A stretch of DNA of 64,000 nt from Chiloscyllium plagiosum (taxonomy: Eukaryota), in contig NC_057718.1 of NCBI RefSeq assembly GCF_004010195.1, positions 52,118,238-52,182,237 on the forward strand. Direction: 5' to 3'. Made by a program: the position numbers and the translations under genes. The first letter of the stretch is position 1. Every line of letters starts with the position of its first letter. The notes below the pieces were generated by a model. The model was not told where the DNA came from. It saw only the letters and a list, made by a program, of their open reading frames with translations, and made no database searches. Positions 26,410 through 40,338 of this stretch are shown piece by piece.

Positions 26410-28200
26410 CTGACATAGGAATTGGAGCAGGCCATTTGATCCAACAAACCAGTTCTGCTATTCAATGAGGTTATAGTTGATTTGTTACTTTCTGCAATAA
26501 CCTTTGATACGCAGCCTTGTCAAATGCATTCTGCAAATCTAATACAGTATATCCATCAGTCCTCCTTTATCCATAGCACATGTTATTTCCTCAAAAAAAC
26601 TCCAATAGTTTTGCTAAATTTTACTTCCCTTTCACTAAATCATGTTGACTCTGCCTGATTATCTTGAATTCTTCTAAGAGCCCATTGACAATGTCTTTAA
26701 TAATTGTTTGTAACCACTTCCTTATGGCAGATATTAGACCAACTGACCAGTAATGTAATTCCTTATGCCTTCCCATTTTGAATATAAGGTAGCATACTTG
26801 TTATTTCGCAATTATATCAAATATCTCACAAGCCACTTTTAAGATTCTCAGATAACTTCCATAACAATCCAGGAACTTGTCAGTCCCTAGCTCCAAAATT
26901 TGTTCAGTACCACTTCCCTAACGATTGTAACTTTCTAGAATTCTTCTATTTCCTGATTTACAACTATTTCTGGAATGTCTCTTGTATCCCTCATTGTGAG
27001 GACCAGTGCAAAATACCTTTTCAATTTAATTACTGGCTTCTTGTTTTCCATCTTAATTGCAAAGAAGCTCTTTCGCTCAGACCAACACTCAGTTTGTTAA
27101 TCCTCTTTTTAAAAATATTTCTTTTACTCACTTTTTCATACTTTATTTTCCCCTTACTTATCAATCTTTTAGATATTCTTTATTTTGTTTTATGTTCTGT
27201 TAAATCTTCTGACCTGCAACACATTGAGGTACTTGTATGCTCTTTTGTTTGAAGTTTAGTATTAATCTGTAACTCATTGGATAACCATGGATGGTGAGTC
27301 AACCCTTGAAATTATTCTTCATTGTTAGGATGCAAATATTCTGTATATACCGAAATATCCTCTGTTCATCTATCACTTCAACTAATTTGCCAGCTCACTT
27401 TAGCTAGCTTTGCTTTGCTACCCTCATAACTTTCCTCATTTAAGTTTTCAAGTACTGGTCTTTGGACCCAGTCTTCTCGTCCTCAAACTGAGCGTAATAC
27501 TCAACAACTTCAGAGTTGCTGCTATACTGCATTACTGAATGCAGAAAAAATGCTGTTCGAAACTATCCTGAAAATATTCAGTGAACTTGTTACCGACACT
27601 CTCTTTTGCCCATCTGATTTTCAATTCTATAATGTAGACATTCCTCATTATTGTTGTCATACTTTTGTGGCAAGTTCCGATTATTTATTCCTTTACAGTG
27701 TATCCTCCAATGTGGTTTCTGATAGTGGCCCAGATCCACTTCTAAAAGTGACTTCTTGTGATTCCATTCGCTAGCCAAATCACTTCTAAATCCTGGTTTC
27801 ATGAACTTACATCATCCTTCTTTATTGTGCTAATAGTATGATTAATTAACCAAGCCATCTGTCTATGTTCTCTTAGCATCCTGTTCATCTAAAATGTCAT
27901 GTAGCCATCAATATTTAGACCAGAACCTATGTAATCCTGCAGTCATTTTTCTGGAATGGCTATTAGATTATGCTTTTTTCTAATTGCACTATCAATTCAT
28001 CAGTTTTATTTTGGATGCCAAACGCATCCTGATACCGAACCTTTAATTTGTTCTTTTATTACTTTGTAACCTCCAGCCTTATCTATTGATTTGTTCCTGG
28101 ATTGGTAGTGCCTTATCTTTCCTGTCATGGTCTGTTTATCGTTTCCTTTGCAAATACTTTACTCTGTTTCCCTCATGTCTATTTATCACATCTTGCCAAA
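26410..28200 (-). mobile_element. Old, heavily deleted CR1 LINE
   Basis: 3' tail gacataggaattggagcaggccatt and RT text (gccttgtcaaatgcattctgcaaatc; ttccctttcactaaatcatgttg) resembling the younger minus-strand copy. Confidence 0.6.
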
Positions 28201-28444
28201 GTTGATCCATTGCTCCCATGATTCAATTTACAACCTTTTCTCGTTCTCTAGTTATGTGGCTCCCTTTTAATCATCCTTGTGTAAATGAACTGTCGCACAT
28301 TTCTGTCTTTCAAACATTATATTAAGCTCAATCAAATAATGATTATTAAGAGATAAATGTTCACAAACCATTAAGCTGTGATTGAAATCTGATACATTGC
28401 CTGTTGCCAAATTTAATTTGGACCCTTTTTGGAACTAAGACTTT

Positions 28445-29330
28445 TATTTATTTATTTATCCAAGTGATTTGGTCATTGTTGGTGAGGCCAGCATTTACTG
28501 ACCATTCTTATTTACCTTTGAGAAGGTGGTAGTGAGCAGCCTTTTTGATCCATTGCTTTTCGTGTGGTGTAGGGAGAAACATGGTATTGTTAAGAAGGTA
28601 GTTCAAAGAATTTAACCCAGTAATATTGAATGAATATTGATATATTTTAAAGTCAGGATGGTGCGTGACTAGAAGGTAAACCTGTAAATGGTGGTGGTCC
28701 CATGCAATTGCTGCTCTAATCATTCTAGTTTGTACAGGTTATGGGTTTTGGGTGCTGTGGAAAGTGCCTAGGTGAGCCACTGCAGTCTATCTTGTGCATG
28801 GAACACATTGCTGCACCTGTGTGTCAGTGGCAGAGGGAGTTAATCTTTAAAGGTCATGAAGCAACAAGTCATCTGGGCCTATTTGTCCTGAAGGGTGTTG
28901 AGCTTCTTGAATGTTTTTTTGGAGCTGAACATGGCCACGAAAGTGAAGAATATTCCACTGTGATTCTGGCTTGTGCCTTGTAAATGGTTAACAGACTTTG
29001 GAAAGCCACAGGTGAGCTATTCACCACAAAATTCCCAATCTCTGACCTGCTCTTGCAGACACAGTATGGTTGGTCCAGTTCAGTTTCTGGTCCATAGTAA
29101 CTACTCCAGGATGTTGATGTTGATGGTGAGCAAGTTGGTAATGCCATTAAAACTCAATGGGAGATGGTTGGATTCTATCTGGCCGGAGATTAAATTGCCT
29201 CAAATTTGTTGAGTGCCGCAATGTTACTTGCTACTTTTCATGAATACTGTTTGGATCTAACTGCATCTGGACACAGGCTACTTTGAGGTTCTGAGCATTG
29301 TGTAATCATCAGTAAACATCCTCATTTCTG
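28445..29330 (-). mobile_element. Second-family LINE 3' portion
   Basis: Reverse of the family tail (ggccagcatttact..gagaaggtggtagtgagc); ORF 28869-29147 contains QSLLTIYKAQARITVEYSSLSW. Confidence 0.75.
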
Positions 29331-30479
29331 ATTGTTGCAGAAATCATTCCAGGAGACAAAAAGTGCACCATCTTCCTGGAATGTGCAAACCTGTTTATCC
29401 CAATTCACATAAAAAATATTTTAAAAACCATTTAAACCTACTGACTTTCTGATATACTTGTTTAATCTTTGTAGTTGCACAATCTACTACCAGATGCCTT
29501 TTACAGAGCTCTCACTACAGTCTTAAGTCAACCCATAAAGTCTCTTGCTTACTTTTCATCATATCCTCCCTTATCAATGAAATGATTTCATCCTTAATCA
29601 TTAATATCACTCTTTCCTCATGACCATTTTCTCTATTCTTCCTACTATATTTAGTTCCCAGTCATGTCTGTCTTATAGCCTAGTCTCAGTATAAGTAATG
29701 TTTTTTTTGGGCCATCCACCCAAACCATTCTTTCTGCTCTAATGTTTTACTCAATGACGGTAATGACAGCTATTCTTAGTTCCTCCACAGGATAGTGCAG
29801 TGACCTGCAGGAAAACAATACTGCAATGACGCCTCTTGTTCTTTCAGCCAGTTATTTCAAGCACAGCTAAATGACATGCTTTTTCCTCAGGCTAACTGTG
29901 CGCAACACCATGGGATATAGCTAAACTGTATATTAAAAACCTTACATTGCTTATTTTCCTGCACTTTTCAGCAATGTCTTTACTTGCAATCTACACATTA
30001 TGAATCAGGAGTTCATGGAGACTGTTATCAGTATTTCAGTATTGTAAAGGTCATTTGGAAGTCTTGCCAGTTTATTTAGTACAATACAAAGTGCACGTTA
30101 ACGACTGCAGAAACAGTCAGCCAATGAATTTCTGCCTGCCATAAACACGTCCAGCACCTGTTTAAAATGCTGAGCACTCACTTACAGCTTTAAAGAAAAG
30201 GCAAGTCAGCACAGCATAGATGTTTCTCGAGCCAGCTCATTTTGGGAATGGAGAGTCGTGAACAATATAAACCCTATTTTGACGGCCAGGTGCTGAGTAG
30301 CAGAGAATGAAGGGAGAGATGAAGTATGTAACTTTCCAAGCTTGTGGCGAGATAGTTCGGTGAATCAAAATTTTATGTAAAAAAAAGCAGCAGGCATATA
30401 AGGGTAGATCATCAAAACAATTCAGGAAAGTTAATATCCATGACACACAGCCGCAACCATAGACAAGATGCAATTTTTT

Positions 30480-30742
30480 TAAAAAACGGGGTGCCACTTA
30501 GGTTCCAGATGAGGGATTTTTTTTTTCACTAGAGGGTTGGAATTCTGTAACATAAAGGGCTGTAAAAGCTCAATCTTTGAGTGTAAATAAAATAGTAGTT
30601 AATAGGTGCCTGATTACCAATGCTGACAGTTACGGGAATGGAGTGGGTAAATAGCACTGAAGAGTTCAATCAGCCATGATCATATTGAATGATGGGGCAG
30701 GCTCCATGGGATGAATAGCCTACTCCTGTTCCTATGTTCTGA
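30480..30742 (+). mobile_element. Old CR1 3' end
   Basis: ttttttcactagagggttggaattctg...gaatagcctactcctgttcctatgttc tail. Confidence 0.65.
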
Positions 30743-31879
30743 AGATAAAATGTCAATTCCAACAAACCTCTTGTTCTGAATTGCTTTTCCATGCAAACCA
30801 GTTAATTAGTGAAGTACTGTCACAGGAAAGCAAGGGGATGAAGTATTTTAATGGATGAGTAAGCCATTTTCCTAAGTTTGTATGAACTTGTGTGCACAGC
30901 AAGTACTTCAAAACCTTGTTTCAACTAAACACTGAAAAAGCAACATGGAAAACAATTACCGTCGATCACAGCTTGCTGCTGCCATTTTCAGTGCTGCAAT
31001 AGAAAAGGTATGTCCAGTGAGTGCAGGAGAATTGAGGGATGGATAGGCCATGACTCTTGTTACAGCATTAGCTGTTGTACTTTGCTCTGCTTTTCAAGGT
31101 CTCAACATTTTGATGGATGAGTGTGGTAGTGAATATGTGAATGAGCAAATGAGCGAGAAGTTCGGATGTGTAGTCAAGTTGGATGGACACATGGATCACG
31201 GGAATATTTGGATCAGTTCAAAGGATAGTTGTGTCAGAGGATGCAGTCCAGTTGGGTTTTGGAGGGCAGGGAGGTGTAGTTGGTTCTGAGCGTGTGTTGA
31301 GACAGTTAGGCAGTAGGGTCAGGGGGTTAGCTGGGTCTCAAAGTGGGCAGCTAAGTCAAAGGTGGTAAGTCATGGCAATGTTGGGTTAGGCTTGGAGGAT
31401 GAACAAGATTGGGAGATGGTAATGGGTGGGTTGGGTCAAGTCTGATGTGTTAGTTGCAGTGTTCAGTTCAATTATCATGACTAATCTGTGAGTTAGACCT
31501 GTTGTGAATCTGCATTACCTTTCTAGAGGAAATATTGACCTAAATCCCATGAATCTGGTCCACATGTGAAGAAGATTATTCCTGGAGTTTCCATTGCATG
31601 ATTTACCCCACTTTACAGCCATCAGGTGGCCAACACATCAATCCTTGTGATTCACTGCTTTCTTATCCAATTGGAAAATAAAAATACTCATCAATCAATT
31701 GAATAATGCCTGACTATCAGTCAAATAGACTTGCCTCACCCATGCCAATATTGTTATATCTGTTCAAGAGATATGTTCAAAGAAATTGACAAAAAAAATG
31801 TGTTTAATATTTCCAAGAGTTTTCTCCAAGATTGCACAGAGCAGTGCAATCTTGGCCAATCCTGGACCATAGGAGAGTT

Positions 31880-34800
31880 TGCAATTGTAATTACAGAATC
31901 CTGAATTAATACTCCAGAAATATCTCCTCTGCAGCTTGGGGAATTTAAATTTAATTAACTAAATAAATCTGGAATAAATATCTAATGTTGACCATGAATA
32001 ATCAGATATCATCAAACCCCATCAGATTAACTCATGCCCCTAACAGAAAGCCATCTGCCATCTTTATTTCGTCTTAGTACATGTGACTTCAGAACCACAG
32101 CAAAGGGGATGACCTTTAACTAGCTTCTAAACTCGCCTCACAAGTCACTCAGTTGTATCAAACTGCTGCAGAAATGTCAAATAAGAAAAAGAAACAATGG
32201 ACCAGCAATGATGTACCTGAAACACATATCACTGGGTCATTTGTGAAAAGTCTTCATCACTAACGTCTGGACTACCGTGCAAAGGTTCTGCCGTACATAC
32301 ACCTACTGAGAGAATCATACTTTGGACTGTCCTGTCACCATTCCTGGGCATGTCCTACTCTGTTAGCAAGACAGATGTAGGAGATCTGGTGATGCAGTGG
32401 TATACAGTTAGGAGCAAGTTGCCCTGTGACTGTTCAACATTGATTCCAGACTTCATGAACATAGAACATAGAAAAAGTATAGCACAGAACAGGCCCTTTG
32501 GCCCACGATGTTGTACCGAGACTTAATCCTAATGTAAAATAAAGTAACTTAACCTACGCACCCCTCAACTCATTGCTATCCATGTGCATGTCCAGCAGTT
32601 GCTTAAATATCCCCAATGACTTCGCTTCTACCACCTCAGCTGGCAACGCATTCCATGCATTCACAACTCACTGCGTAAAGAACCTACCTCTGACGTCTCC
32701 TTTGTACCTTCCTCCTAATATCTTCAAACTATGACTTCTCGTACCAGTCAATCCTGCCCGGGGAAAAGTCTCTGGCTATTGACTCTATCTATTCCTCTCA
32801 TTATTTTGTACACCTCGATCAGGTCTCCTTTCTTACTCCTCTCTAGAGAGAAAAGTCCAAGCTTATTCAACCTTTCTTCATAAGGCAAGCCCTCCAGTCC
32901 AGGCAGTATCCTGAAGTCTCATGATATTGGGTCAAACATTGGCAAGAAACCTTCTATTGGTTATCACATGTCACACTCCTGAGACAGATAAATCTGTACT
33001 TGTCCACATGGAACATCATTCAAAAAACTGAAGGTTGGTGCGGTACACAGTGGATACAGAGTTGGGAATTTCAACAAGAGTAACTCAGAAGTATCACTGC
33101 TAATTCAGCTTTGAAGTGCTTATCTGCCAAACTGTTCTTGCAGTAGGTGTTGAGACAGGAACTTCCTGACCCAGTCCTCATCAATCTAGCTTATACAAGT
33201 TCATCTGCACAATACTATATTGGTAGTTGTGACCATCATGCTGTCCTTGCACAGACCAAGTCCTATCTTCACACTGAGGACATTGCCCATCACATTAGCA
33301 CAGTGGTATCACTGTAACAAAGAGGATAGATTCAGATTAAAACTAATAACTCAAAACTAACAAACCACTGAGGGCCATCAGTAGCAACAAAATTGTACTT
33401 GACCACCATCAGTAACCTAATGGTCTTACTCTACCCCTTACTCTACCCTTAAAATTAAGCCAAGGACCAACTTGGTTCAATGAAAAGTTATTATTTCATA
33501 CGGTATGGACATCGCTCACGAGGCCAGATTTATTGCTCATCCCTAACCGCTCAGCAGAAAGTGATGGCGATAAGTGCTTGAGTAGTCCATATGTTGTAGC
33601 TACACCCACAATTTGACACTACTTTCCAAACCCACACAATGATCATCTAGATGAAAAAGGGTAGCAGACACATGGAACATCACTGCTGCAAGGTCCTCTC
33701 TAAGTCCCTTACCATCCAGATTTGCAAAAACATTATTGTTTCTTCAGTGTCATTGGGTTAAAATCCTGGAGTTCCCTCTCTAATGGCATTGGAGATCTAC
33801 CTATGCCACATAGGGTGCAATGGTTCAGCAAGGTAGTTCACCACGAACTTCTTAACTGCAATTATGGATGGACAATGAATGCTAGCCCAGCCAGCAATAT
33901 CCACATCCCATGAATGAATAAGAAAAGAAAATGTTGTTAGGAAGACGGTTCGAGATTTTGACAGTGATGGTAAACAAAGAGCAATATAGTTCCAAGTCAG
34001 GATGGTGTGTGGCTTGGAGGGAAACTTGCAGGTGGCTGTGCGCCTACTTACTTGCTTTCTCTTGTCTGTTTATGTGGTGGAGGTCAGGGTTTGGAAGAAG
34101 TTGTCAGAAGTGAGGCAGTGCAACCCACAACCAACATCTAGTATATCAAAATACGAGGTGCCAACCTGGTGATGCTATAATGAAAGAGAATATGCAGTCT
34201 ATTCACAGGAAGTAGCTAGTTACAGACAGAAATAAGTGATCTTATTGTCAACATATCTGATTATACCACTATGAGTGCCGCTATGAACATCAATAACAAT
34301 TAAGTCACTAATGCGGTGGAGATGACTCGAGAACATCCTCATCTGTAGTGCAAATCAAGAAAATGTTGAAGCATTCACCACAACTTCAACCAAAAGTGCT
34401 ACTTGATGATTCATCTTGGCTTCCTTCTGAGATCCCCAGTGTCACAGGCACCAGCCTTTTGTCAATTCAGTTCACCCCATGTGATATCAAGAAACAGCTC
34501 TGCCCAAAGGATACCAATAGGGCTATAGCCTCTGAACAACCAAGATTTAGTACAAAAGGCTTTCTCAAAAATTGTCTGCACCATGAGCAAAGCTATTCCA
34601 ATCATACTACAGCATTGGAATTTATGCAACCATAAATGGAAATTTGCTCAGTTGTGTCCTGCCTACAATAAGCAGGACAAATTCAAACTAAACAGTTTCT
34701 TCCTGATAATTTATTTTCAATCATCATCAAACTGATGAAAAGGGCTACCAGCTATCAAGGAGCATTTACTCGCCAATAAACTGCTTCCTGATGCTCAATT

Positions 34801-35070
34801 TGATTTCTGCCAAGACCACTTACATTCAAACTTAATTCAAGCCTTGATCCAAAAATGGATAAAAGTGTTGAATTCCAGAAGTGAGGTGTTAAGTGGCAAC
34901 CCTTGACGTCAAGTCAGAATTTGACTGAGTGTGGTATGAAGGAGCATTTATAAAACTGAAGTCAATGGGATTCAAGGGGTAAACTCCCATAACTTAGAAA
35001 GATGGTTGTGGTTGTTGGAGGTTAATCATCTCAGGATACTGCAGGAGTTCCTCGGGGTAATCATAGGCAC
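31880..35070 (+). mobile_element. Long degenerate second-family LINE (5' region, endonuclease, RT start) carrying nested insertions
   Basis: The 5' domain matches the 49460 element. Endonuclease-like and RT text (cttgacgtcaagtcagaatttgactgagtgtgg; gcaggagttcctcgggg) is colinear with the 12.1-13.8k and 47-48.7k copies. Confidence 0.6.
32457..32912 (-). mobile_element. CR1 3' end inserted in the second-family LINE
   Basis: (gaacata)n tail followed by the reverse complement of CR1 ORF2 C-terminal text. Confidence 0.85.
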
Positions 35071-35573
35071 ATCCTATTTCAACTCCTTCTACAATAAAAA
35101 TACTACTTTAATACTTTCATTAATGAGAAACAATTCTGCTTAATGAAATAACAAAAATACGACAAACTGTAAGTTGATATGATAACTATTAATGGTGGAT
35201 GAGACATTTTTTGAATATTTAAGTGCATTGGAACATCAGACAAATCACAACTAAAGAGTGACATATATATAAACAGAAGTATTATAAGAATATGCTTTCT
35301 TCATGTGACTGCAGACTCTACAAAGACCCACTTTCAGTTGGATATACTCATTTGCTGAAAACAGAATTTCAAATAATGTGCAACAACACACTTGACATAA
35401 CCAGTAATCTGCATAACATTGTCTATTAACATCACAAAACTACAATTTTCTAAGTAGAATCTTTTAATGATTACTAATAAGTAATTAAACTTCTTGTATG
35501 TTACAGTAATTGACATAAACAATTTATACTTTAATCCTAATTCTGAGTTGGGAAAGTTATATTCTAAAAGCAG

Positions 35574-35783
35574 GGGAAAATGAGGACTGCAGATGCTGGA
35601 GATCAGAGTAGAGGGTGTGGTGCTGGAAAAGCACAATAGGTCAGGCAGCATCCGAGGAGCAGGAGAATTGACATTTCAGGCATAAGCCCTTCATTCCGGA
35701 TGAAGGATTTATGCCCGAAACATCGATTCTCCTGTTCCTCTAATGCTACCTGACCTGCTGTGCTTTTCCAGCACAACAACCTC
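35574..35783. mobile_element. Palindromic Penelope-derived mini-element with ~75-bp inverted arms
   Basis: gtgctggaaaagcac...gcccttcat mirrors atgaagg...gtgcttttccagcac. Degenerate 15-bp TSD atattctaaaagcag (35559-35573) / atattttaatagcag (35784-35798). Confidence 0.8.
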
Positions 35784-36699
35784 ATATTTTAATAGCAGCA
35801 CAACTAATCAGACCGACAGTATAAGATATTAATGATGACCATAGTCATTCAGTGTGTTTACTCAGTACTGATCAGAAACACACTTTGTGCTAGTAAATAG
35901 TGAGAATTGTACTGATGATTGGCAAGATAATTTTAAAATAGGCACAAGATATAAACTTCAATTATATCACAAAATCATTCAATATGAATCAGCAGATTGT
36001 GGTAATAGCATTCCAGCAATTTGGCTGCAAAGCTGTCACATACTCAAGGATTCTAAAGAGTTAAGCATAACATTATGCACATAAACAAAGTAGCAGAGCA
36101 CCAGAATAGCTTGAAGGAAATTCCAGCCACAGTCATTAAACATGAAAGCAGGAGATAGCAGTTCTGTAGGAGTTCAGACTAATCTACCTGTCCTTATGTT
36201 TACACCAGCTGTCCACAATGCAGCTATATATACCAGTTCCATTTTTAATGTTCTATATTTTTCTTACTTTCATTGTGATGGCTGTAAACAGTGAGGCCAG
36301 ATGTCAGTGTTTCTGCAGTACAGTTTGTGATGGGGTCAAAACAGAGTTTTCAAGACTCATTACCACAGAGATTGTCATGAAGAACACAGAAAAATAATAT
36401 AATAAGACATAAATCAGACATAAAACAAGGGTAAAAGGATTGAACTGAATTATGAGGTCATATTTTCAAAGTCCTTGCATGTGTTGGAGGGATCTAAATC
36501 GTACTCACATTTCCGAGAGCTCCATGGTAGAATTTCCTCCCAACTTGTTTTCAGCCTGCCAATGTACTCAGTTGACCCTAGTTTATCTGACAAATGACAT
36601 CATTTGTCACTTTGATTCATGCACATTATCCCTTCTTGTCTTTCTCAGACTATGATAAGCTCCCAAAAGTCACTTTGTTGTTGTCCTGTAGTGTGAGAA

Positions 36700-37290
36700 T
36701 GCCATTATTTGAATCTGTTCTTGCCTGTCAGATCATGAACAAAGTATCTCCCATAATAACATCGTAGTCATAGCATCAGGTTTTGTAATTGTACTAATGA
36801 GAACCTGCTCTATCTTTTCAACACCCCTCTCAAGCCTCCACAGTTGCAGTGTTGTTTATATATTGCATGGTATCTCGACCTAGATAAATGACAGTCTCCT
36901 GGAGTTAAACATTGGGTACATAAAATCTATTACCTTGAGCTCTGACACAAACATCATGCTGACTAATTCTGTTCTCTACCAATTCAATAAATAGTAAGTT
37001 GAAGACAACCCCTTGCAGGCTCAGCATCCTATTTGCTTCCAAACTGATTTTATACTCCCATAATCAGTTAATCACACAAAAAAACTACTTCCACCCAACT
37101 AACATCATTTTTTTGCACCTCTGCCTTGGCCTGCTGTTCTTTGAAATCTCTGATGTCCATGACTAACAACACATTAACTCCTGCTTACCGTGACCATTAT
37201 GCCTGCTGACTGATAGTGGGTTCAGGTTCTCTGTTGTTTCCTGTTTAAAATTTTCATCTGCACATTCAAATCCATTCACAGTTCCTTCCT
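36700..37290 (+). mobile_element. Very old L2-like LINE remnant
   Basis: gtttaaaattttcatctgcacattcaaatccattcac resembles the FKILILxFKSLH C-terminal motif of L2-clade ORF2. Confidence 0.4.
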
Positions 37291-37294
37291 AATA

Positions 37295-38420
37295 AAGGTT
37301 GAGAGTAGAAGGTGATGGTAAGGGATGGTTCTATGACCAGAAAATTGTTTCCAGTGGGGATTTGTAGGGCTCCATGCTGGGCTCCCTGCTGTATAGTAAT
37401 TATTTGGATTTAAATCTGGATATGATCAAGAAGTTTGCAGATGACACAAAAAAATAGTTATGTGGTAAGATGTGAGCAGGACTGGACTAAACTGCAGGGG
37501 GATATCAAAGACTGAACAGATGGGTAGAGCAGTGACAAATGGAATTCAACCTGGAAAGCTGTGAATTAACCTGAGGATAGAAAACGAGGCAAAGGATGAC
37601 AGATTTAATCGTAAGACCCTGGAAAGCCTGAACTTCAGAGACAGCTTGGTCTGCAGATCCGTGAAGATAGCAGTTCCGAATAAGGTGGTTCTGCCTATAT
37701 TAGCTGAGGCACAGAATACAAGAGCAGGAAGGTTACGCTTTAACAATATAAAATCCTGGTTAGGCTACAATGGAGTACTGTGTGCAGTTTTGGAATCCAT
37801 ATCATAGGAAGGGTGTGAAATATAATTAGATATAGATGAAAAACCTCTGGCTGCATCTCGAGAGAGGAAGCAGAGGTTTCCAGCAATTTGTGATTTTGTT
37901 TCTGATTTCCAGCATCCACAACTTTTTTTTAAGTTATAGAAATGATGTGAGGATACAGAGGAGATTAATATGAATGCTGCTGGGGCTGGAGGGTCTGAAC
38001 GATAAAGTAAGATTGGATAAACTGGAGTTGTTTTCGGGGAACAGTGAAGTTTGAGAGGGGACCTGATAGTGGTCTACAAGATTATGTGGAGCACAGACAG
38101 GTTGGACAGAAACCATTTCCACTAGTAGAGGGTCAATACCAGGGGATAAAGATTTAAGAGGAAGAAGGGTCAGAGGAGAATTGAGGAGAAATTTTCTTTT
38201 GCTCAAAAGTGGTGGGAATCTGGAATTCACTGCTGGAAGGGTGGTTAAGTAAGAAACTTTTGTAACATTTATGAAATTCATTGATATTCTTGTATCTGTT
38301 GCCATAGCCCCCAGGGCTATGGACCAAAAGCTGGAAAATGGGATTAATGGTGTCAGATCTTTATTGACCAGTGTGAACATGATGAAGTGAATGACTTCTT
38401 TCTGTGCTGTAAATATCTAG
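37295..38420 (+). mobile_element. Old CR1 RT and 3' end, with a small Penelope-type piece at ~37850-37930
   Basis: aagtttgcagatgacacaaaa (KFADDTK), ggagtactgtgtgcagttttgg (EYCVQFW) and agaggggacctgatag. Confidence 0.8.
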
Positions 38421-39647
38421 TAAGATCCTCCAGCCTTACAAATTAAGAAAAAAGAAACTAATCAGTTCTTCTACTGGTTTGTTTTCCAAATGTTGCAATT
38501 AGCAAGCATAACAGACAAGAAAATGTGGACACATTGGAACAAGAAAGTCTACATGAGCTGTACAAAAGTGTGATGGAATGATGCATAATCGACATGGAAA
38601 AGAGGTATTTTTGTAATATGCAAAAACTTTTGCATCATTTTATTAAAATGCCTCGAGTTGAATTTAAACCTGTTGTTTCATCTGAATCTATCACTGAAAA
38701 TATTATAAACTGCAACAACTCTGAATTAATAGGCAATAATAGCACCCATATTTTTAAGAACTCTATTTCATTGAGACCACCATGTGAACCTGCGCTCAGG
38801 TCACTTAAGTTGGTCAACTTGAATCTCATTGGCACTTGCATATCTCAAGGCTATACTAACAAAACACTGAAATCTGCCTTTGAAAGCACAATGGATCTTG
38901 AACATATTCAATCAAAAGTCCATAATCACTCTAAAACAGCTTCCTGAAATGTAGGTTTTTTTTGTCTTCAAGCCAACTAACGTGATTTGGTGATCACCCA
39001 AATAATGAACCATGCAGAATGTAAGTACTTACATGAGATAAATTATTCCTTGACAAATATAAAACTTACTAGAGCATAAAATTGAGAGTGGAGTTCCTAA
39101 TTTTTTTGCAGCCATTCCTTCAACATCAATGTAAGTGCTACAAATGTTAAGTGCAAATTTAATTCAGTGCAACTAGAGTTTTCATTGTATTTTCTGATAG
39201 CATTAGGTTTATGCTGGTTAAGCCTCAAAAGTGAATTGATCGCAAATGGAGGTTTTTATTAATTGTAATAGCTTCTAAGTTTTTGAGGAGGCTTTAAATA
39301 TTAAACTGATGCTTTTGCATTGAAAAACACAAATATATACATTAAGAAATTTTTTGAATGTAATATTTGTTTGAAAGTACAATAAAAATGACCACTACAA
39401 AACCTGATCTCACACAGAAAAATGTTGATACCTATTTTCAAAGATTGTTTTCAGTGATGTAAAATTGGTTTATTCAAAGGTGGTGGATTTTATTGTTTTT
39501 ATTGTGTTACAAACCCACTTCAGCTGTATTCATCAAAATGCATTAGGCTACTATTCTTAAATGCATCAAATAATCAAAGTTTGTGCGAAGATTTGTAGCT
39601 CGGGTGCTCATTGTTGTGGTTCTGTTCGCCGAGCTGGAAGTTTTTGT

Positions 39648-39688
39648 TGCAAACGTTTCGTCCCCTGGCTAGGCGACATCATCAGTGC
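39648..39688 (-). ncRNA. Minimal hammerhead ribozyme-like motif (left arm)
   Basis: Exact reverse complement of the 40339-40378 motif. Confidence 0.65.
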
Positions 39689-40338
39689 TTGGGAGCCTCC
39701 TGTGAAGCGTTTCTTTGATGTTTCCTCCAGTGTTTATAGTGGTCTGTCCCTGCCGCTTCTGGTTGTCAGTTTCAGCTGTCCGCTGTAGTGATTGGTATAC
39801 TGGGTCCAGGTCGATGTGTTTGTTGATGGAGTTTGTGGATGAATGCCATGCCTCTAGGAATTCCCTGGCTGTTCTCTGTTATTGGGTCCTTCGTTCTGGT
39901 GAGTTGTTGTCTGAGCGTGGCTGTTGGTTTGTGTGCCGTTATGAGTCCTAGGGGTCGCAGTAGTCTGGCTGTCAGTTCTGAGATGCTCCTGATGTATGGT
40001 AGTGTGGCTAGTCCTTTTGGTTGTGGTATGTCCTCGTTCAGTGGTCTTTCTCTTAGGCATCTGTTGATGAACCAACAGCCACGCTCAGACAACTCACCAG
40101 AACGAAGGACCCGATACCCAACATAAGCAAAACTAATGTAGTGTACAAAATACCATGCAAGGACTGCACAAAACACTATATAGGACAAACAGGAAGACAG
40201 CTAACAATCCGCATACATGAACATCAACTAGCCACGAAATGACACGACCAGCTGAAACTGACAACCGGAAGCGGCAGGGACAGACCACTATAAACACCGG
40301 AGGAAACATCAAAGAAGCGCTTCGCAGGAGGCTCCCAA

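Noticed and set aside
37188..37288. Minus-strand open exon-like segment (EGTVNGFECADENFKQ...) with ag/gtaagc ends
   Set aside because: It lies antisense within an L2-like remnant and the peptide is not recognisable.
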